DNA of 63,673 nucleotides, filler included, from Intoshia linei (GCA_001642005.1; 7 parts of 7 records of this genome joined end to end with filler, not necessarily neighbours in it); one strand, 5' to 3'. Positions 1 to 13,636 are shown, counted from the whole stretch's first letter. A program made the numbers and translations. The notes: generated by a model not told the origin, from the sequence alone.

Positions 1-277
1 ATTTTGATTTTTCTCATAAATTTCACAATAAATATAGTATGAAATAATTAACTAGTGTTCAATCTCTAAAACTTGAACACCATCCATTTTTTTGCAGTTA
101 TTGTTCAATTTAGAGAGCGATCACTATATTATATACATTAAATTATGTAATTTAATTTAGATTGCAAAAACTAGCTCTAATTGTACTTAGTTTATCAATT
201 CTGTGTTATTATTTAATTTGCTATATTGTAAAATTACTATTTTATTAATCTATATTTGTAATTGTCAAAAATTTTAT

Positions 278-1400
278 TAATTAAAATTTAATTTAATTAA
301 ATGTTCAGACAGTGTAAATTTCCAATCAAAAATGATTTTCATCGGTCTATTTTCCGTTAATTGATATTTTATTTCTTTTCCATCCAATGTTACACTAATC
401 AAGTTTTTATTTTTTGATTTGATGCATTGATCAACAAGTTGTATGGACTTTAAAAAAGGAGTTTTACTTGTCGTATTTCCATTTTTTGTAATTTTTATGG
501 TATTCTAAATTTTAAATTATAGAATCACTTTTTACTGGATATGAAAATATTCATTTTTTTATTCACATTGGTAATCCCGAAAATTTAGCGTTTACCCACA
601 ACAAAAATTTAATCTGGTATTTATTACTTACAACTTGATACAATCCTGTAAGGAAACACTGATTTACAGTATAGTATTTATTCATTAAAATGTTATTATT
701 TCGAATAATACATACTTAGTATGCACTAGAGTTCTACAACAAGGTTCGAAGGACAACCAGAACATGACGTTTTAATTACGTTGATGAGATTTTGAAAGTT
801 TTGTTGGTGTTCGAATTAATTTCTTTATAAACTTACTGAATTATTTTTATTGATGAAATATTAAGATCAGTGCTTCGAATTGTATTGTAGAACTCTACTA
901 TATACATTTTCTAATATATTCCATAGAGCTATTCGTTTTTATAAACTTTTCAATTCGACAAAATTCCACTCTACATTAAATTGGGTTCTTAATGACCCCT
1001 TTAAGAAATATTTTAACGTAAATTACAGAAAAAGCATGTACATTTTTTAATGTATAAGTTTCTGCCTGCAATTTTCCCTTTTACTAGCATATTCAAGCAA
1101 AATATGAACATTTAGGTACAAGGGCATAACAATTGATCAGAATTGAAAATATATGCGATTATTATATTGATTCATTAGAAATTAAGTATTTATTGATAAA
1201 TAAATAAATAACCTCTTCTTTTTCAACAATGATCTCAACTTCATCACAATTTACTCCATCTTCATCTATATTGCAAGAAATTGATGAAATTAAAAGTGTA
1301 AATTATACCGCATATGTAGTCATTTTGCCAATTGTAGACTGTATAAGCATTGTAATTTTCATCGCAATAAATTTGCATTTCTATGTCCCATGTATTTCTA
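278..1400 (-). other. Possible further exons (GH31 tail or a neighbouring or decayed gene)
   Basis: AG/GT-bounded coding-like blocks, e.g. ~280-505 (NTIKITKNG...SVTLDGKEIKY...FN*) and ~1213-1266 (EDGVNCDEVEIIVEKRR). Some intervening blocks contain stops, and I could not assemble one frame. Confidence 0.3.
727..897. mobile_element. Short MITE with 13-bp TIR TAGAGTTCTACAA
   Basis: tagagttctacaa at 727 and ttgtagaactcta ending at 897. No clear TSD. Confidence 0.6.
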
Positions 1401-1522
1401 AAATTACAAAATAAATCAAGCCTTCATCAAATTTTTCTCTCAACAAATGGGTAATGGAAAATTTTATTTAATTTAATTGATTAATTAATTTAATTGTAAA
1501 AATGAACAATCAAATATTATTA

Positions 1523-4500
1523 CAATTTCCATTGATGGTCCTCTAAAATCATGAGAATGGATCCAGCCAAAACTTTCATATCAATATAATCCAAACTGTT
1601 ATTTAGATATTGATACACTCCTTCATGATAAACTTGCAAATCATTTGTATCATACTGATAAAACTGCCCTTTAGGAATATATATTTTATATTCTTGAGAT
1701 TGCTAAACATTTTTTAAATTTAATCAAGTCTTGTCAAATTAGTGATTGTATAAATTAAATTGGCGTGCATTTATTGTGTCAGTATTTTTCTTATTTATTT
1801 TTCAGTATTGTAGATGGTTTTTCAGTATTTTGTGTGCCAATTGATAAGGTGTCAGTATTTAAATTGGAAGGACGGTAAAAAAAATTATTTTGTCAGTAAA
1901 GGCACCTAAAATACTGACATAATTAATTAACAATGTTTGTTAACAATTAATTAATTAAAAATTTGTTCTCATACAAAAAAATATTCCCTGGTGTGAACTA
2001 TGGAGTCCTGATTATTCGAAAATTTGAAAAGCTGGTTATCGAATAATTCCAGTTATTTGAACAACAATTATGGGATTAATCGGAATTTAAAATTTTTAAC
2101 ATGAAAACCAATAATCCTTACTTATATAATATGCTACGCGATTCTTGTTTGTGTGTGTATTTCACTTTATTGAAATAACTACCAGTCTTAGAATTTTATA
2201 AAGTCCACATTTCAATTCGTTTATTTCAATAACTACCAGTCTTAGAATTTTATAAAGTCCACATTTCAATTACAGTTTTTTCCGAGGCATCTTACCGGTC
2301 AAAAACCAAATTGTCTTTCTTTTTGAAAATCAAACGAGTTGGAGAAGTTAAAAATATATATAGGCTGATACAGATTTTAAAATCATAAACATTATCATAA
2401 ATTTAAATATAAAAAAATTATATCTTCAGGGCCGAACCCCCAAATTACCTTCTTTTTTTAATGAAAACAGCCCTAGAATTTAAAAAAATTTACAGGTGGT
2501 ACACAGAGCCGTCTTAAGCCACTTCGTGACCCTGGGCTAAGCAAAGGACCGGAGGCCCTTTAAAGTTTTGAGCGAAGCGATAAAAAAATTTTAGGGCCCC
2601 TTTTTTGAAAATTAATAAGATCAAATCAAAGATTTCCTACCTTCTTTTTTAAATATTCACTTAATAGAAAGGTTTTAATGTTTAATATTATTATTTGAAA
2701 CAGTTTTATGTCAATATTATATGATGAACATTGTAGAATATATTTTAAATTGAATATTTACCAGAATTTTGATTCTTTAAATTATTTTCTTTCTAGTTAT
2801 TTAAATTCCTACATTTCAAAACTTATAAACTGTTTCTTAAGATATAAGTGTGAAGTATTTTTTAATAAATTAGGGGCCTCTTTTTAAGATATAAGTGTAA
2901 AGTACTTTTATTAATTTATGGGCCTTTTTTAATGAGTGGCCATGGGTTACATCCCATATTTCCCATGCCTTAAAACGGCTCTGGTAGTACAGTTGTATCC
3001 TGTTAACACACACAAAAAATTTCAATCCGAATAAGTGATGACTTCACGGTCAAAAAAGCATTTTATAATTCATATATAAATTTTTGAAAATCCGATTATT
3101 CGAAATATATTTCTATTATTTTTCTCCGATTATTGTAAGCGATTAACCGGGTTTTCAATTAATCGATTAATCGGTTATCATTCCCTAGTGTGAACACCAT
3201 AGAATATTTCTAATTTTTTTGTAATTTGATTTGTAGTGGATGATATTATTATATAAAGTATTTCATAAGATTAACATAATTATTAACCTCACAAAGATAA
3301 TAATAAAGACCACAGAGAGATATAAAAAAGATTAAAGGGATTGACATAATTACATTCAATTTTTAAATAACCAAAATAATTACTGGATAAATATAAGGAG
3401 ATACAAGCAAATGTGAACCAAACATAAATTGAAAATTAATATCGTATACTTGATTGTCATTAGAATAACTAAATTTATATTTGATTAATAATTCAAAGTA
3501 CATAGGGTTTTTAATAATATAATTAATAATTTAATGGTGATGTATTTTTATAAATTTACAAATATTTTTTGTTAATATGTGTTTTATATATCAGATGTCA
3601 TCATCACCATTAGATGTACTACAGAAGTTGAAAATCAGTGGTATACCACTGTATTATATATAATAAAATAATATTTATACTCGTGAAACAAAGATCGGAT
3701 AACTGGGACAGATTTCTTGTTCATTTTTATTAAACTTGAGTAAATATACGGTATCAGTCGAGTTCGTAAATTTATACTTTTTTTAAATAATTCCACATAA
3801 TCATCATCAAACGTTGCTGGATCTTGATCCTAAATAAAATGTAAGCTTTTTTTTATATACAAACTACTTCAATTGAAATACATTTTTTAATGAATATTTA
3901 GACTAGAGCCCTTAATGATAAATTTAGACTTTAAGATTTAAATTTTACACAAGTTAGATATTGAAAAATATTTATTATTTTTAAATTCTGAATCCTTATT
4001 ATGTACTTACATAATATGTTATGCAATATTTGTGTGTGTGTTACCGTTTATTGCCATAACTACCAGTCTTAGAATTTTATAAAGTTCAGAGTTCAGTTTT
4101 TTACGGGGGTGTTAGCAAAATATATTTCAACCTCCCAAACTCACATCTTACTGGTCAAAACACCCAATTGTTCTTTTTTTGACCATCAAACACATTAAAA
4201 AATTTAAAAAAATATATTCTGATACGGATTTTAAAATCATAAATATTATCATAAATTTAAATTTAAAAAAATATCTTCAGGACTAAAACCACAAATTACC
4301 CTTTTTTTTTTAATAAAAACAACCCTAGAATTTAAAAAAATTACAGATGGTAGTTTTATCCTGTTAACACACACACAAAATTTCAATCCGAATAAGTGAC
4401 GACTTCACGGCCAAAAAAGCATTTTAGTATTCATATATTTGTTTCCGAAATATTTTATTAAAACAAAAAATGTGAAATAATTAACGGTCCGAAAATTAAA

Positions 4501-5031
4501 AAAAAAAATTATTTTGATAGAGTTTATTCCAGTTGATATAAATACACAATTTCAACCCCAGAAATCTACGCATCCACGGTGAAAAATAATTTTTAATATA
4601 TTAACTTTTAATTTAATATACAATATTATTAACATGTAAGCATAAATTCCAAAAATTCGTTTAAATTGGACCTTTCTATAACATAAAATTTTATAATACC
4701 CAAAATTATAATAAAAATATAATTTAATTTTTTGCTAAATTTTAATCATTTAGAGTTGGTACTAAATGTTTTTAGAACGGAAATAGTCTTGCAAAAATAA
4801 AATTCTTTTAATCTGGGTCGATGGTTCAAAAAAGGTTAAAAATCCCTGCCTTATATTAAAAAAACCAATAAAATATACACGTGAATTGATACTATTATGA
4901 TTTCGCATAAAAGTATAAAAAATCCCAACTTGTGTCCACCTTAAACACAACTCCGGAGTTGCATTTCCCAAAAAACCACAAATATCTGAACCAGTCATTG
5001 ATACTCCAAACATTTGTGATCTAATTGCATC
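1523..5031 (-). CDS. Glycoside hydrolase family 31 alpha-glucosidase (lysosomal GAA/maltase-glucoamylase-like), C-terminal part, spliced
   Basis: Exons ~4879-5031 ([41 protein letters not shown], the GH31 DICGF...RNHN signature), ~3680-3830 (DQDPATF...[11 protein letters not shown]), ~3383-3468 ([17 protein letters not shown]) and ~1523-1702 (IYIPKGQFY). GT-AG introns. No N-terminal catalytic exons were found. Confidence 0.85.
2115..3075 (+). mobile_element. Non-autonomous Helitron family A, 5' part, interrupted by a hAT MITE
   Basis: A|TCcttacttatataatatgctacgcg start followed by a gtttgtgtgtgt microsatellite. Matches many other copies in the window. Confidence 0.75.
2504..2983 (+). mobile_element. 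hAT MITE (~480 bp), TIR CAGAGCCGTYTTAAG
   Basis: TIRs cagagccgtcttaag / cttaaaacggctctg. 8-bp TSD gtggtaca/gtagtaca. The empty site (acaggtggtacagttg) is visible in the Helitron copy at ~23850. Second copy at 54230-54729. Confidence 0.85.
3993..4620 (+). mobile_element. Helitron family A copy (5' half)
   Basis: A|TC start. Collinear with the copy at 23629. Confidence 0.7.
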
Positions 5032-5515
5032 TAAAAAATATTATCAGTAATATAAATACACATTAGGGTTATTCAAATCTAGACTTTTTTTGAAATTTAA
5101 AAAAGACATATATAGATAATAATCTCCATTTAATTTTCTGCAGAATGATAAAATTTTTTTGATTTTCGTAACAAAAAACCCCCGAGTCTTTACCTTTTTC
5201 TGTTTTCCTAACATTTTTCATACAAAAAAATAATATGGCAACATTTTTTTCCCCGTAGTTGCTATGAATTTGTTATAATATTATTATAAAACATAGATCA
5301 TGTGACACTAATCATATTAATTAAAAAAAATCAATAAAAAATCGTTTATTTTAGACACAGTTCACGGACAAACTTTTCTTCATNAGTCAAAAAAGTATTT
5401 TAGTATTCATATTTTTTTTTCGAAATATTTTATTAAAACAAAAAATGTGAAATAATTAACGGTCCGAAAATTAAAAAAATAAATAAATAATATTACTTGC
5501 AATGTAACTAGGTGG

Positions 5516-8500
5516 TGTCTCACTGATTAATTCTTGTATGTTTTCATTTTTTTTTTCATCAGCCATTTTTTGAATTACGTACTAAATTTATGATGTAATA
5601 TATTCAATCAAGACAAAACGGACTAAATATATATTTAAAATTACACTTTCGGTATTTTTAATGCATATTGTTTTTGTTCCATTGTAAATTCTTGGGTTTG
5701 TCGTGACATTATATACTCTTAAGTCATCATTACCTGTTGGAAAATCTTCTTCTTCGTCTAATTTAGATTTACATAGTTTATCAAGACTCTGGAACCTAGA
5801 CTGGGTACTTTTTAGGGGAGGATTTACTCAATTGATAATTTCTGACAATTGGTTAGATTCAGTAATTCCCGATTCAAATAGTTTACGGACCACCATTTCA
5901 AAATATTTATTTTTTATTAAATTTTATTAATAGTTGTTTAAAAGTGGGGTTTTTGAAATAATAATAATAGCGGTCATCTAGGCTTTGGGATAAATTCCAA
6001 AAATCTGTATCTCTGTAATAAAAATTGAAATTCTTCTATAAAAATAAACAAAAGTTGATAAATTTTTTTTAAATGTTATTTAAATCTCACGGATTCAAGG
6101 CAATTAGTTTTAGGTTAGATAATGGTTAAAATTTCCAATTTTGTCATTAGTATAATTTCATCAAAATCAAATGGTCTATGCTAAAAAATAGCCAATAATT
6201 TATAACCTAATATAATTAATAGTTTAATAACCAAAAATATTAATGTAAGTAAAATATAGCATTAAATTTGATAATTGCAATATCAAATTTACAATTTTTA
6301 TGTGTCTGACCCTCTTGTGAAAAACTTTTCCACCCAGATTTAATTAACATTAACTTATCTCAACATTGATCGTATAGATTAGTATAATAGCATAGTATTG
6401 AAGGATAAATATTTGTAGAGTTAAAAAAATCTTGTACTCATATATAAAAAATATTAAATATTTTTAAAGTGCGGTTCGCCAAACAAATTGAATCAGACAT
6501 TGTAATTCAATAACATTTTAATAATAATAATAATAATAATAATAAAAATTACCCAAAAATTTGATAGCATTGATACAATTCGACAGACGAGTTAATTGAG
6601 ATAAATCATGAGAAACATCGTCAGATTTTTTAATAGCATCAATAATCAGTTCTGTATTCGATATATAATTCTTTATGACATCCATCTGAATTAAAATATT
6701 ACATTTTAGTCAATTATACGGTCGCCAACGCTGTCCAAAAAAAATTTGCACATGTATTTACTATATTGACCCATAAATTTTCACAATTAACTACTTAGCT
6801 ATCAACTACACTACATTATGTTACTGTATGTACTGTAGTCACGGTCAAAAAAGCATTTTAGTATTCATATATTTCCGAAATATTTTATTAAAACAAAAAA
6901 GGTGAAATAATTAACTGTCCGAAAATTAAACAAAAAAGATTTAATCTAATAGAGCTTATTCCAGTTGATATAAATACAAAATTTAAACCCCAGAAATCTA
7001 CGCATTCCCGATGAAAAATAATTTTTAATACATTATCAACCAATATTTTTCAAATATTTTGATTAAAATAAAAATATTGATCCTTAATATAATTGAATTT
7101 TATAAATTTTTAGTTTTAATAAAATATTTCGGAAAAAAAATATATAAATACTGAAATACTTTTTTGACCGTGAAGTCGTCACTTATTTGGATTGAAATTT
7201 TTTGAAATTCTAGGGCTGATTTCATTAAACAAAGAAAGGTAATTTGTGGTTTTGGCCCTGAGATATATTTTTTTTAAATTTAAATTTATGATCATGTTCA
7301 TGATTTTAAAATCCGCATCAGCGTATATATATTTTTAAATTCTCCAACTTGTTTGATTTTCAAAAAGAGGGACAATTGGAGTTTTTAACTCGTAAGATGT
7401 GAGTTTGGGAGGTTGAAATTTATCTTATACGTCCCGGAAAAAACTGTAATTGAAATGTGGACTTTACAAAATTCTAAGACTGGTAGTTATTTCAATAAAG
7501 TTGTACACACACACGCACACACAAACAAAAATCGCGTAGCATATTATATTATATAAGTTAGGATTTATAAAGTTTATTGATGTTGCCACTTATGATAATG
7601 TTGATAATTTTAAAAACTATTTCAGAATTTATGTTTGATAAAATTCTATCACGTTTTTCATTTATTAAAAAGGGTAAATGGGATTTTGACCAAGAAGGAT
7701 TCAATTTTGGAAAAATAAATTGTCGATAAAACATTAACTTTGACAAACTATATTACAAATTGGGTTTATTTAAATTCTAGGTCTCTTAGTTGTTTAATTA
7801 AAAATTAACACTCAGATTAAAATTTAATTTTATATTAGTAAAGAATAAATTAACTACAGAACGAAATCCATTAGATTATAGAATAAATACTGTATTTTGA
7901 TTAAAAAAGGTCATCTTGAATTAAAATTTGCTTTAAAATATAAAATTATGTTTTAATTTTTGATAACGATTAATAATTTGAAAAATTGTTAAATATTTAC
8001 CAAATTGTTCATAATATTTTTAGTAACAATAGTGCAATTTCTAGAAAAAAATGTAGGTTCATATCCAGTGTCACTACTTGAAAATTGATTTAAATCTACA
8101 TTCATAATATGGTCGGTAATAAAATTGACAATATCGGTCTAAATTGAATTAAAATTAAATTAATTTGACTGTAAATTAAAAATTTGAAAATAAAAGTGAA
8201 ACCATATGTTCAGTATCATTATTATTTTCCTGTTTAGTTTCTCGTTCCTCATATTTATCAGGTTTTTCGTTGCTTACATCTTTTTTTACTTCAAATTTAC
8301 CATCATGTGACGTAAACTGAGTATAAAATGAAGATATTTTATTACCAATATAACAGAGATTTGACATTTGTACATGATTAAAAACCAATTCAAAAAAAAA
8401 GTACTTGTTGGGCCTTCTGATGGCATCACAAATAAATAAATCGTAAAAGAATGAGTATATTATTCTTTTAACTTGAGAATCGTTCAACTTGTAAGCTTTA

Positions 8501-9761
8501 GAATCAATCAATGTGTGATAAATGGATTGTAAAATTTTAACAAGTTCGATTGGTATATGATGACTGTGTCTAATCAGACCATCACCAATAATCATGACAA
8601 GTTTTTGGAAATAATACCAAGTGTCCTTCTGATTGGTTAATTTATTGGTTATTGAAGCTAATTGAGTGGAAACATCATTTTTGCATTGTTTTGAAATTCT
8701 TTTATCTATAAAAGTGTACATTGAAAGAACGGTTGATTTCCAAATTGGTGATAATACACAATTAACCCATTTGCGGCATGGTATCGAGGTATTAACAAAA
8801 TGAATAAAGGAATATTTTATCAACAATAGCGAAAATGTATGAGGTTTAAACTTTACGATATCAATAACCTTATCAAAAACTAGAAAATTTGGAAATAAAT
8901 AATTTTGCATGTTTGCTTGATATTTTATCTAGAAATGCAAAGAATTAAAAATTTTTAAGATTATTAAAATATAAAAACCTCATGCATTATAACGGTATTT
9001 GTGAAATTAAACAAACTTTGATAATCATCTGAATCATATCCACATCCATAAATTGTGTTGACTACTTGAGATAGTAATACCGTAACTCTTGAAAGGGGGA
9101 TACAATTTTCAGCCTTGTTTAGAATGTAAGCCAAAATCTTTGGAACTCGAAACAAAATTTGAAAAATTTCAATAATAGTTTTTTCATTAGATCCATTTAT
9201 CAAGTGAATTTTTTTTAATTTTCTTTTTTTGTGTCGATTATATCGTTTTATCATCAACAAATATGATGGCGTTTGAATGGGTTCTTGTTCCTTTTGATTG
9301 AATTTGAATATTTTTGTAAATTTTTTTTTTTTTTTGTCAACAATAATTGTTTCAGTTTCATCCGAAAACGAAGTTGTAGTAGAATTTGATCTTTTGGGTT
9401 GTCCAGGTATGAAAGGCAGCAGTACATTCAATTCAGTTTTTTCTGGGTTGTTTAGATTCAAAATATAACTAATATCGTTTCTCAAGTTGGCCATTTGCCA
9501 TCTTTTGATAAATAATTCACCATTTTGATATATTAGAGTGTTTTGTAAATCCAAAATATTTTCTATAAAAAATAATAAAAATTATTGTACAAGTAAGGTC
9601 AATTTATTTTGTTTGTTAAAACTAGATAAAAATTTGACTTTTTAATTAACATTATTAATATTGTTCAAAATACCATAGTCGGATTCATGGTGCCGATATT
9701 GCTGTTGGACTTTTATACATTTCAACAGCAAAGCATCGTCTGTATTTTTTTTGCCAATCAT
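5516..9761 (-). CDS. GAPVD1: GAPVD1/GAPex-5/RME-6-like protein (RasGAP-like N-terminal region), spliced
   Basis: ATG at 9761 splices in frame into ORFs 8964-9554 and 8176-8910. LQNTLIYQNGELFIKRWQMANLRNDISYIL and FQILFRVPKILAYIL...VVNTIYGCGYDSDDYQSLFNF...HE resemble the GAPVD1 N-terminus as I recall it (LRENPRLIASSL...FTSLYGNCIMQEDESYLL). Further exon-like blocks run down to ~5516. No VPS9 domain seen. Confidence 0.6.
5860..6100 (+). mobile_element. Charlie-like hAT MITE family B, deleted copy
   Basis: Shares ...cccgattcaaatagt..acggac and cggtcatctaggctttgggataaattcc with the copies at 11569, 40074 and 42664. Confidence 0.6.
6838..7563. mobile_element. Two oppositely oriented Helitron family A fragments
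   Basis: 6838-~7100 is a + strand internal part. ~7110-7563 is a - strand 5' part ending ...ataagttagGA|t. Confidence 0.7.
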
Positions 9762-10364
9762 TTAAAAATTTCTAGCTTGTTGTTAGTGTACTGTAAATAT
9801 ACTGTTTAAATATTTACAGATGAATCCAATGTTAAAATTATAAACTTGCATGACATGTCTAAAATATTTTTGTTTAATTTACAGTTTAATTCATGGGTGA
9901 TACTTAACTTAGCGTCAACTCAAAATAATAATAAGGTTTGGGTAGTAATATTCAAATTATAGGCATATTAATGGTTGTCTATGGAAAATGCATATTTTTA
10001 AATTTGATGTTGATTTTTTTTCATCAATTTAACGCCCATGAACAAGGTCTTTATACCAAGGGACATTACGACTTTATGTTTAAAGTACTCAGATATGACT
10101 CATATCATATGAGTATTCAAAATTTTCACTAAATGTGAAATAAATCTGAATAAATTTGTTGGTTATGAAATTTATGATGCGTGTTGAAAAAATATTGTAT
10201 TATGTATTTATGTATGCGTTTTACATGTGTACAGAATATTTATATTTTACAGATCAGAATTTTAAGTCTTATTGCTCACATATTGTATTCCAAAGCGTGT
10301 CATTTTTATACTATGTAGATTAAGTTTAATTTTTTTTTAATTAATATTAATTAATTATATTTTA

Positions 10365-10730
10365 TTAAATTTTTCTAGAGAACGGTCTAAAATGGATCTG
10401 ATGTTGATCTAGTAAATTTTTTATTTCTGGTTTTATGTCATTCAACACCAATCGTAAATCTTCACGGTGGAATGTTTGTAATCTATTTCTATTTTTGGTC
10501 AATAAATTTATTACAACACTGAATCCACGTTCAACGAGATACGATGATGGAAAAGTTATAAAAAGTATCTTTAAGTACTGCATCAATTTTACAATACGAA
10601 ATACATGAAAATGAACATGAAAAAATGCGTGGATTTAAAATTAAATTACATTGCATGAAAAAATTATCTTTTTATAATTTTTTTAAATCGCCCCCCTAAC
10701 TGAATGAATCTCCTACTGGGGCGATATCGC
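10365..10730 (-). mobile_element. hAT (Buster/Charlie-type) transposase C-terminal remnant
   Basis: FPSSYLVERGFSVVINLLTKNRNRL...DLRLVL..IKPEI..L...HQ.H matches the hAT dimerisation-domain end. Confidence 0.8.
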
Positions 10731-11050
10731 TATTATTCTCATTTTTTTTAAATGTTAGGATGAATATTTATTTTTTAATTTTAATTTTACATTATTAATT
10801 CAAAAATTTGAAAATTATTGGTTGATAATATATTAAAAATTATTTTTGATCGGGAATGAGGCTATTTGTGAGGTTGAAATTATTCATCTAGGTAAACTAG
10901 AGCAGTGGTTCCCAAAAAAATATATTGTCGACCCCCTAACAGTATAAAATATTTTTAGTGAATATAAATTAGTACAAAATAGTGAATATGTTTATTATAT
11001 TATAACAGCGATTAAAAAAATGTTATCTTTTAATATTACTGGTTTTATTN

Positions 11051-11360
11051 ATAAATTACAGTTGTATCCCGTTAACACACACAAAAAATTTCAATCTGAA
11101 TAAGTGACGCAATCACAGCAAAAAACATTTTAGTATTCATATATTTTTTTTCTGAAATATTTTATTAAAACAAAAAATGTGAAATAATTAACGGTTCGAA
11201 AATTAAAAAAAAATATTATTCTGATAGAGCTTATTCCAGTTGATATAAATACAAAATTTCAACCCAGAAGTCTACACATTCCCAGTGAAAAAATAATTTT
11301 TAATATATTATCATCAATTATTTCCAATATTTTTCACATATTTCGATTAAAATAAAAATT
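11051..11360 (+). mobile_element. Helitron family A internal fragment
   Basis: Starts at a single-n join and matches 23860-24150. Confidence 0.65.
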
Positions 11361-11568
11361 TAAAATTTAAAAGTTTTTTTATCTAAATTTTATTTTCCGA
11401 AATTCATTCGAGTCCTTCAAGGTAGAAAACCAATTCCCCCTTTTTTAAAAAATAAAATCAGCCCTGAAATTTAAAAAAACATATATTCTTAAGATGCGTT
11501 TAAAAGTCATTAACATTGTCGTAAATCTTCAAGTATGTAAAACAAAGTATATAAAAGTCAATCTATTT

Positions 11569-12188
11569 CAGTGGTACCCGATTCAAATAGTGTACGGATC
11601 CCCATTTGAAAATATTTATTTTTTAAGACCCCAAAGCAAATATATAATATCAAACATTTATGAAAAAAATTTTTTTTAAAGTTTTTTTTCAAATATTTAG
11701 TAAAATTGGATTTTTTATTTTAAGTTTTGCATTAGAATATTATTGCTCATAAGATTTGGTAAAATCGCATTTTTCAAAAAATTTCAAGATATTGGAAAAA
11801 AAGGATATTTCCCTAAAGCGTTGGTAAAATTGTGTTTTCATTTTGGGGTTGATATAAGAGGTTTTTTATACAATTTATAAAATCGTGTTTATCAAAAAAA
11901 TATTGGAAAAAGGGGATTTTTCGCTTAATGGTTTAATATGGTATTCTTAATCAAATTTTATTAATGATGGGATAAAAGTGAGATTTTTTCAATAATAAAG
12001 TACCGGTCGTCTATGCTTTGGGATAAATTCCCAACATATGGCAAATCTGTAATAAATATAAAAAATTCTCCTATAAAAATTAATAAAATTGATAAAATTT
12101 TTAAATATATTTTTATTTCAATCTCACGGATGCCCTAGAATATAGTTTTGAACCCAATGAGTCCAGGGACCCGAAGTTAAAATTATTG
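11569..12188 (+). mobile_element. Charlie-like hAT MITE family B
   Basis: Begins cagtggtacccga. Reverse-complement homologue of 40074-40778. Confidence 0.65.
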
Positions 12189-12974
12189 ATCTATAGAATA
12201 TTATATAACCTTTAATAAAAATTTTATTAATTCTCAAATTTATCCAAAAAAACAACATTATTAAATTAATCAAGATTCTTGGCAATTTAAAATACATATA
12301 CAAATGTATTAGATATATTTTTTTGAAATTTAGAGACACTTACTTTTTTTTCATTGTTAAAAAAGGGACAATTTATGTTTTTAATTTTAATTGCTGATAG
12401 TGAAATTTATCCTACTTTATGCATAAGAAAAAACTAACTTAGAATTTTTATTTTGTAACATTCTGGGACCGTCAATGTTCCAAATAAATGGTTACATAAA
12501 GATACTCATATTTATCAACTTTTATTTACTTACGTGTTACCGTTTATTTAAAAAAACCTAAATACTAATAAAGTTTTTAGCAGGCATGTTTTCATATCTA
12601 TTTTCAGTTTCAGAATATGGGTTTTTTAGTCCTTCAGGGTCACAAACCCAATTTCCTAGATTTTTTAAAAATATATTAAATCATATATTTTGGGAGTTTT
12701 AAAACCATCAACATTGTCGTAAATCTCAGCCTTAAAAAAAACAACATTCATGGCTTGTTAAAAGTTTTTTATACAATCTTAACAGGAAACCACTCCTTTA
12801 AATTTTAAAGGAATGATAATAATGAATAGTAGCATTTTTAAGTAAGATTTTATTATTTACAATGTGAATTTATTTTTTTGGTAGAATTAAAAAATTCTAC
12901 CTCGGCAGAGCTAGGTGCTAGCACCTAGTACTGTATGAATTGAAAAGAATTTAAAATAATAATAACAAAAATAA

Positions 12975-13583
12975 CCTGTATTGGACTGATAAATGTGAAT
13001 TTTGTATTTCGAGGTTTTAATAGATGAGACAGTGGTACAATTAAATGTGGGTGAAAGACTGATGGCAATATTATAGAAACTAAAAATGGATAAATATAAA
13101 CATACCAACAACAAACCTATTAAGCATACTAGATAAAACAATTTTATCATTGGAATCTAGACTTGGTAATTTAAACGTCATGTCGCATGGAAAATTTGAA
13201 ATATCAGAAACGTATCGCTCAATTTTATTGAGCAATATTTTTCCGTCTTCTTTCTTATTGATAGATTCAATAGAAAGTTCATTCAATTGAGTTAATTCGT
13301 ATCCTCCTAACAATAAAATGAATAATTTTTAAATATAAATTAAAATTCCAAAATTACTTGAAACGCCCTGACAACTTCCCCAATTGACTAAAATTCTATT
13401 CTTTTGATCAAATTCAAAAAAGAACGGTATAGGCGGCGTATGCGTTCTCAAATTAATTTTATTTGATGACCCAGTACTGTCATGACTAGTGTTCAACCCG
13501 GTAGTCTTTTTATCTTTAAAGTTTGTCTTATTGTAAATCAAACTTCCAGATCTGTTTATAATTAAAAAATAATAAAGTTTCAT
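12975..13583 (-). CDS. TRAPPC4: TRAPP complex subunit 4 (Trs23/synbindin); 3' exon(s) not found
   Basis: Spliced MKLYYFLIINRSGSLIY..., a PDZ-like insert, SNDKIVLSSMLN|SFYNIAISLSP...IKTSKYKIHIYQSNTG. Compare human [23 protein letters not shown]...LETDTFKLHCYQTLTG. Confidence 0.85.
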
Positions 13584-13636
13584 TACATCACAGTCAATAT
13601 TTAAGATAACTTTATTGTATTTTAAATTCAAAAGTG

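Larger units (their letters stand above)
1999..3187. mobile_element. hAT-type non-autonomous element hosting nested insertions
   Basis: Perfect 8-bp direct repeat GTGTGAAC at 1991-1998 and 3188-3195. Right end ...ttcccta. Subterminal cgattattcg/cgattaatcg motifs at both ends. Confidence 0.7.

Noticed and set aside
9820-10325. Possible + strand gene divergent from the GAPVD1-like gene
   Set aside because: I could not assemble a stop-free spliced frame or recognise a family.
12911-12928. Perfect palindrome CTAGGTGCTAGCACCTAG
   Set aside because: It sits at the broken end of a Helitron 3' fragment and is best explained as a local fold-back duplication.
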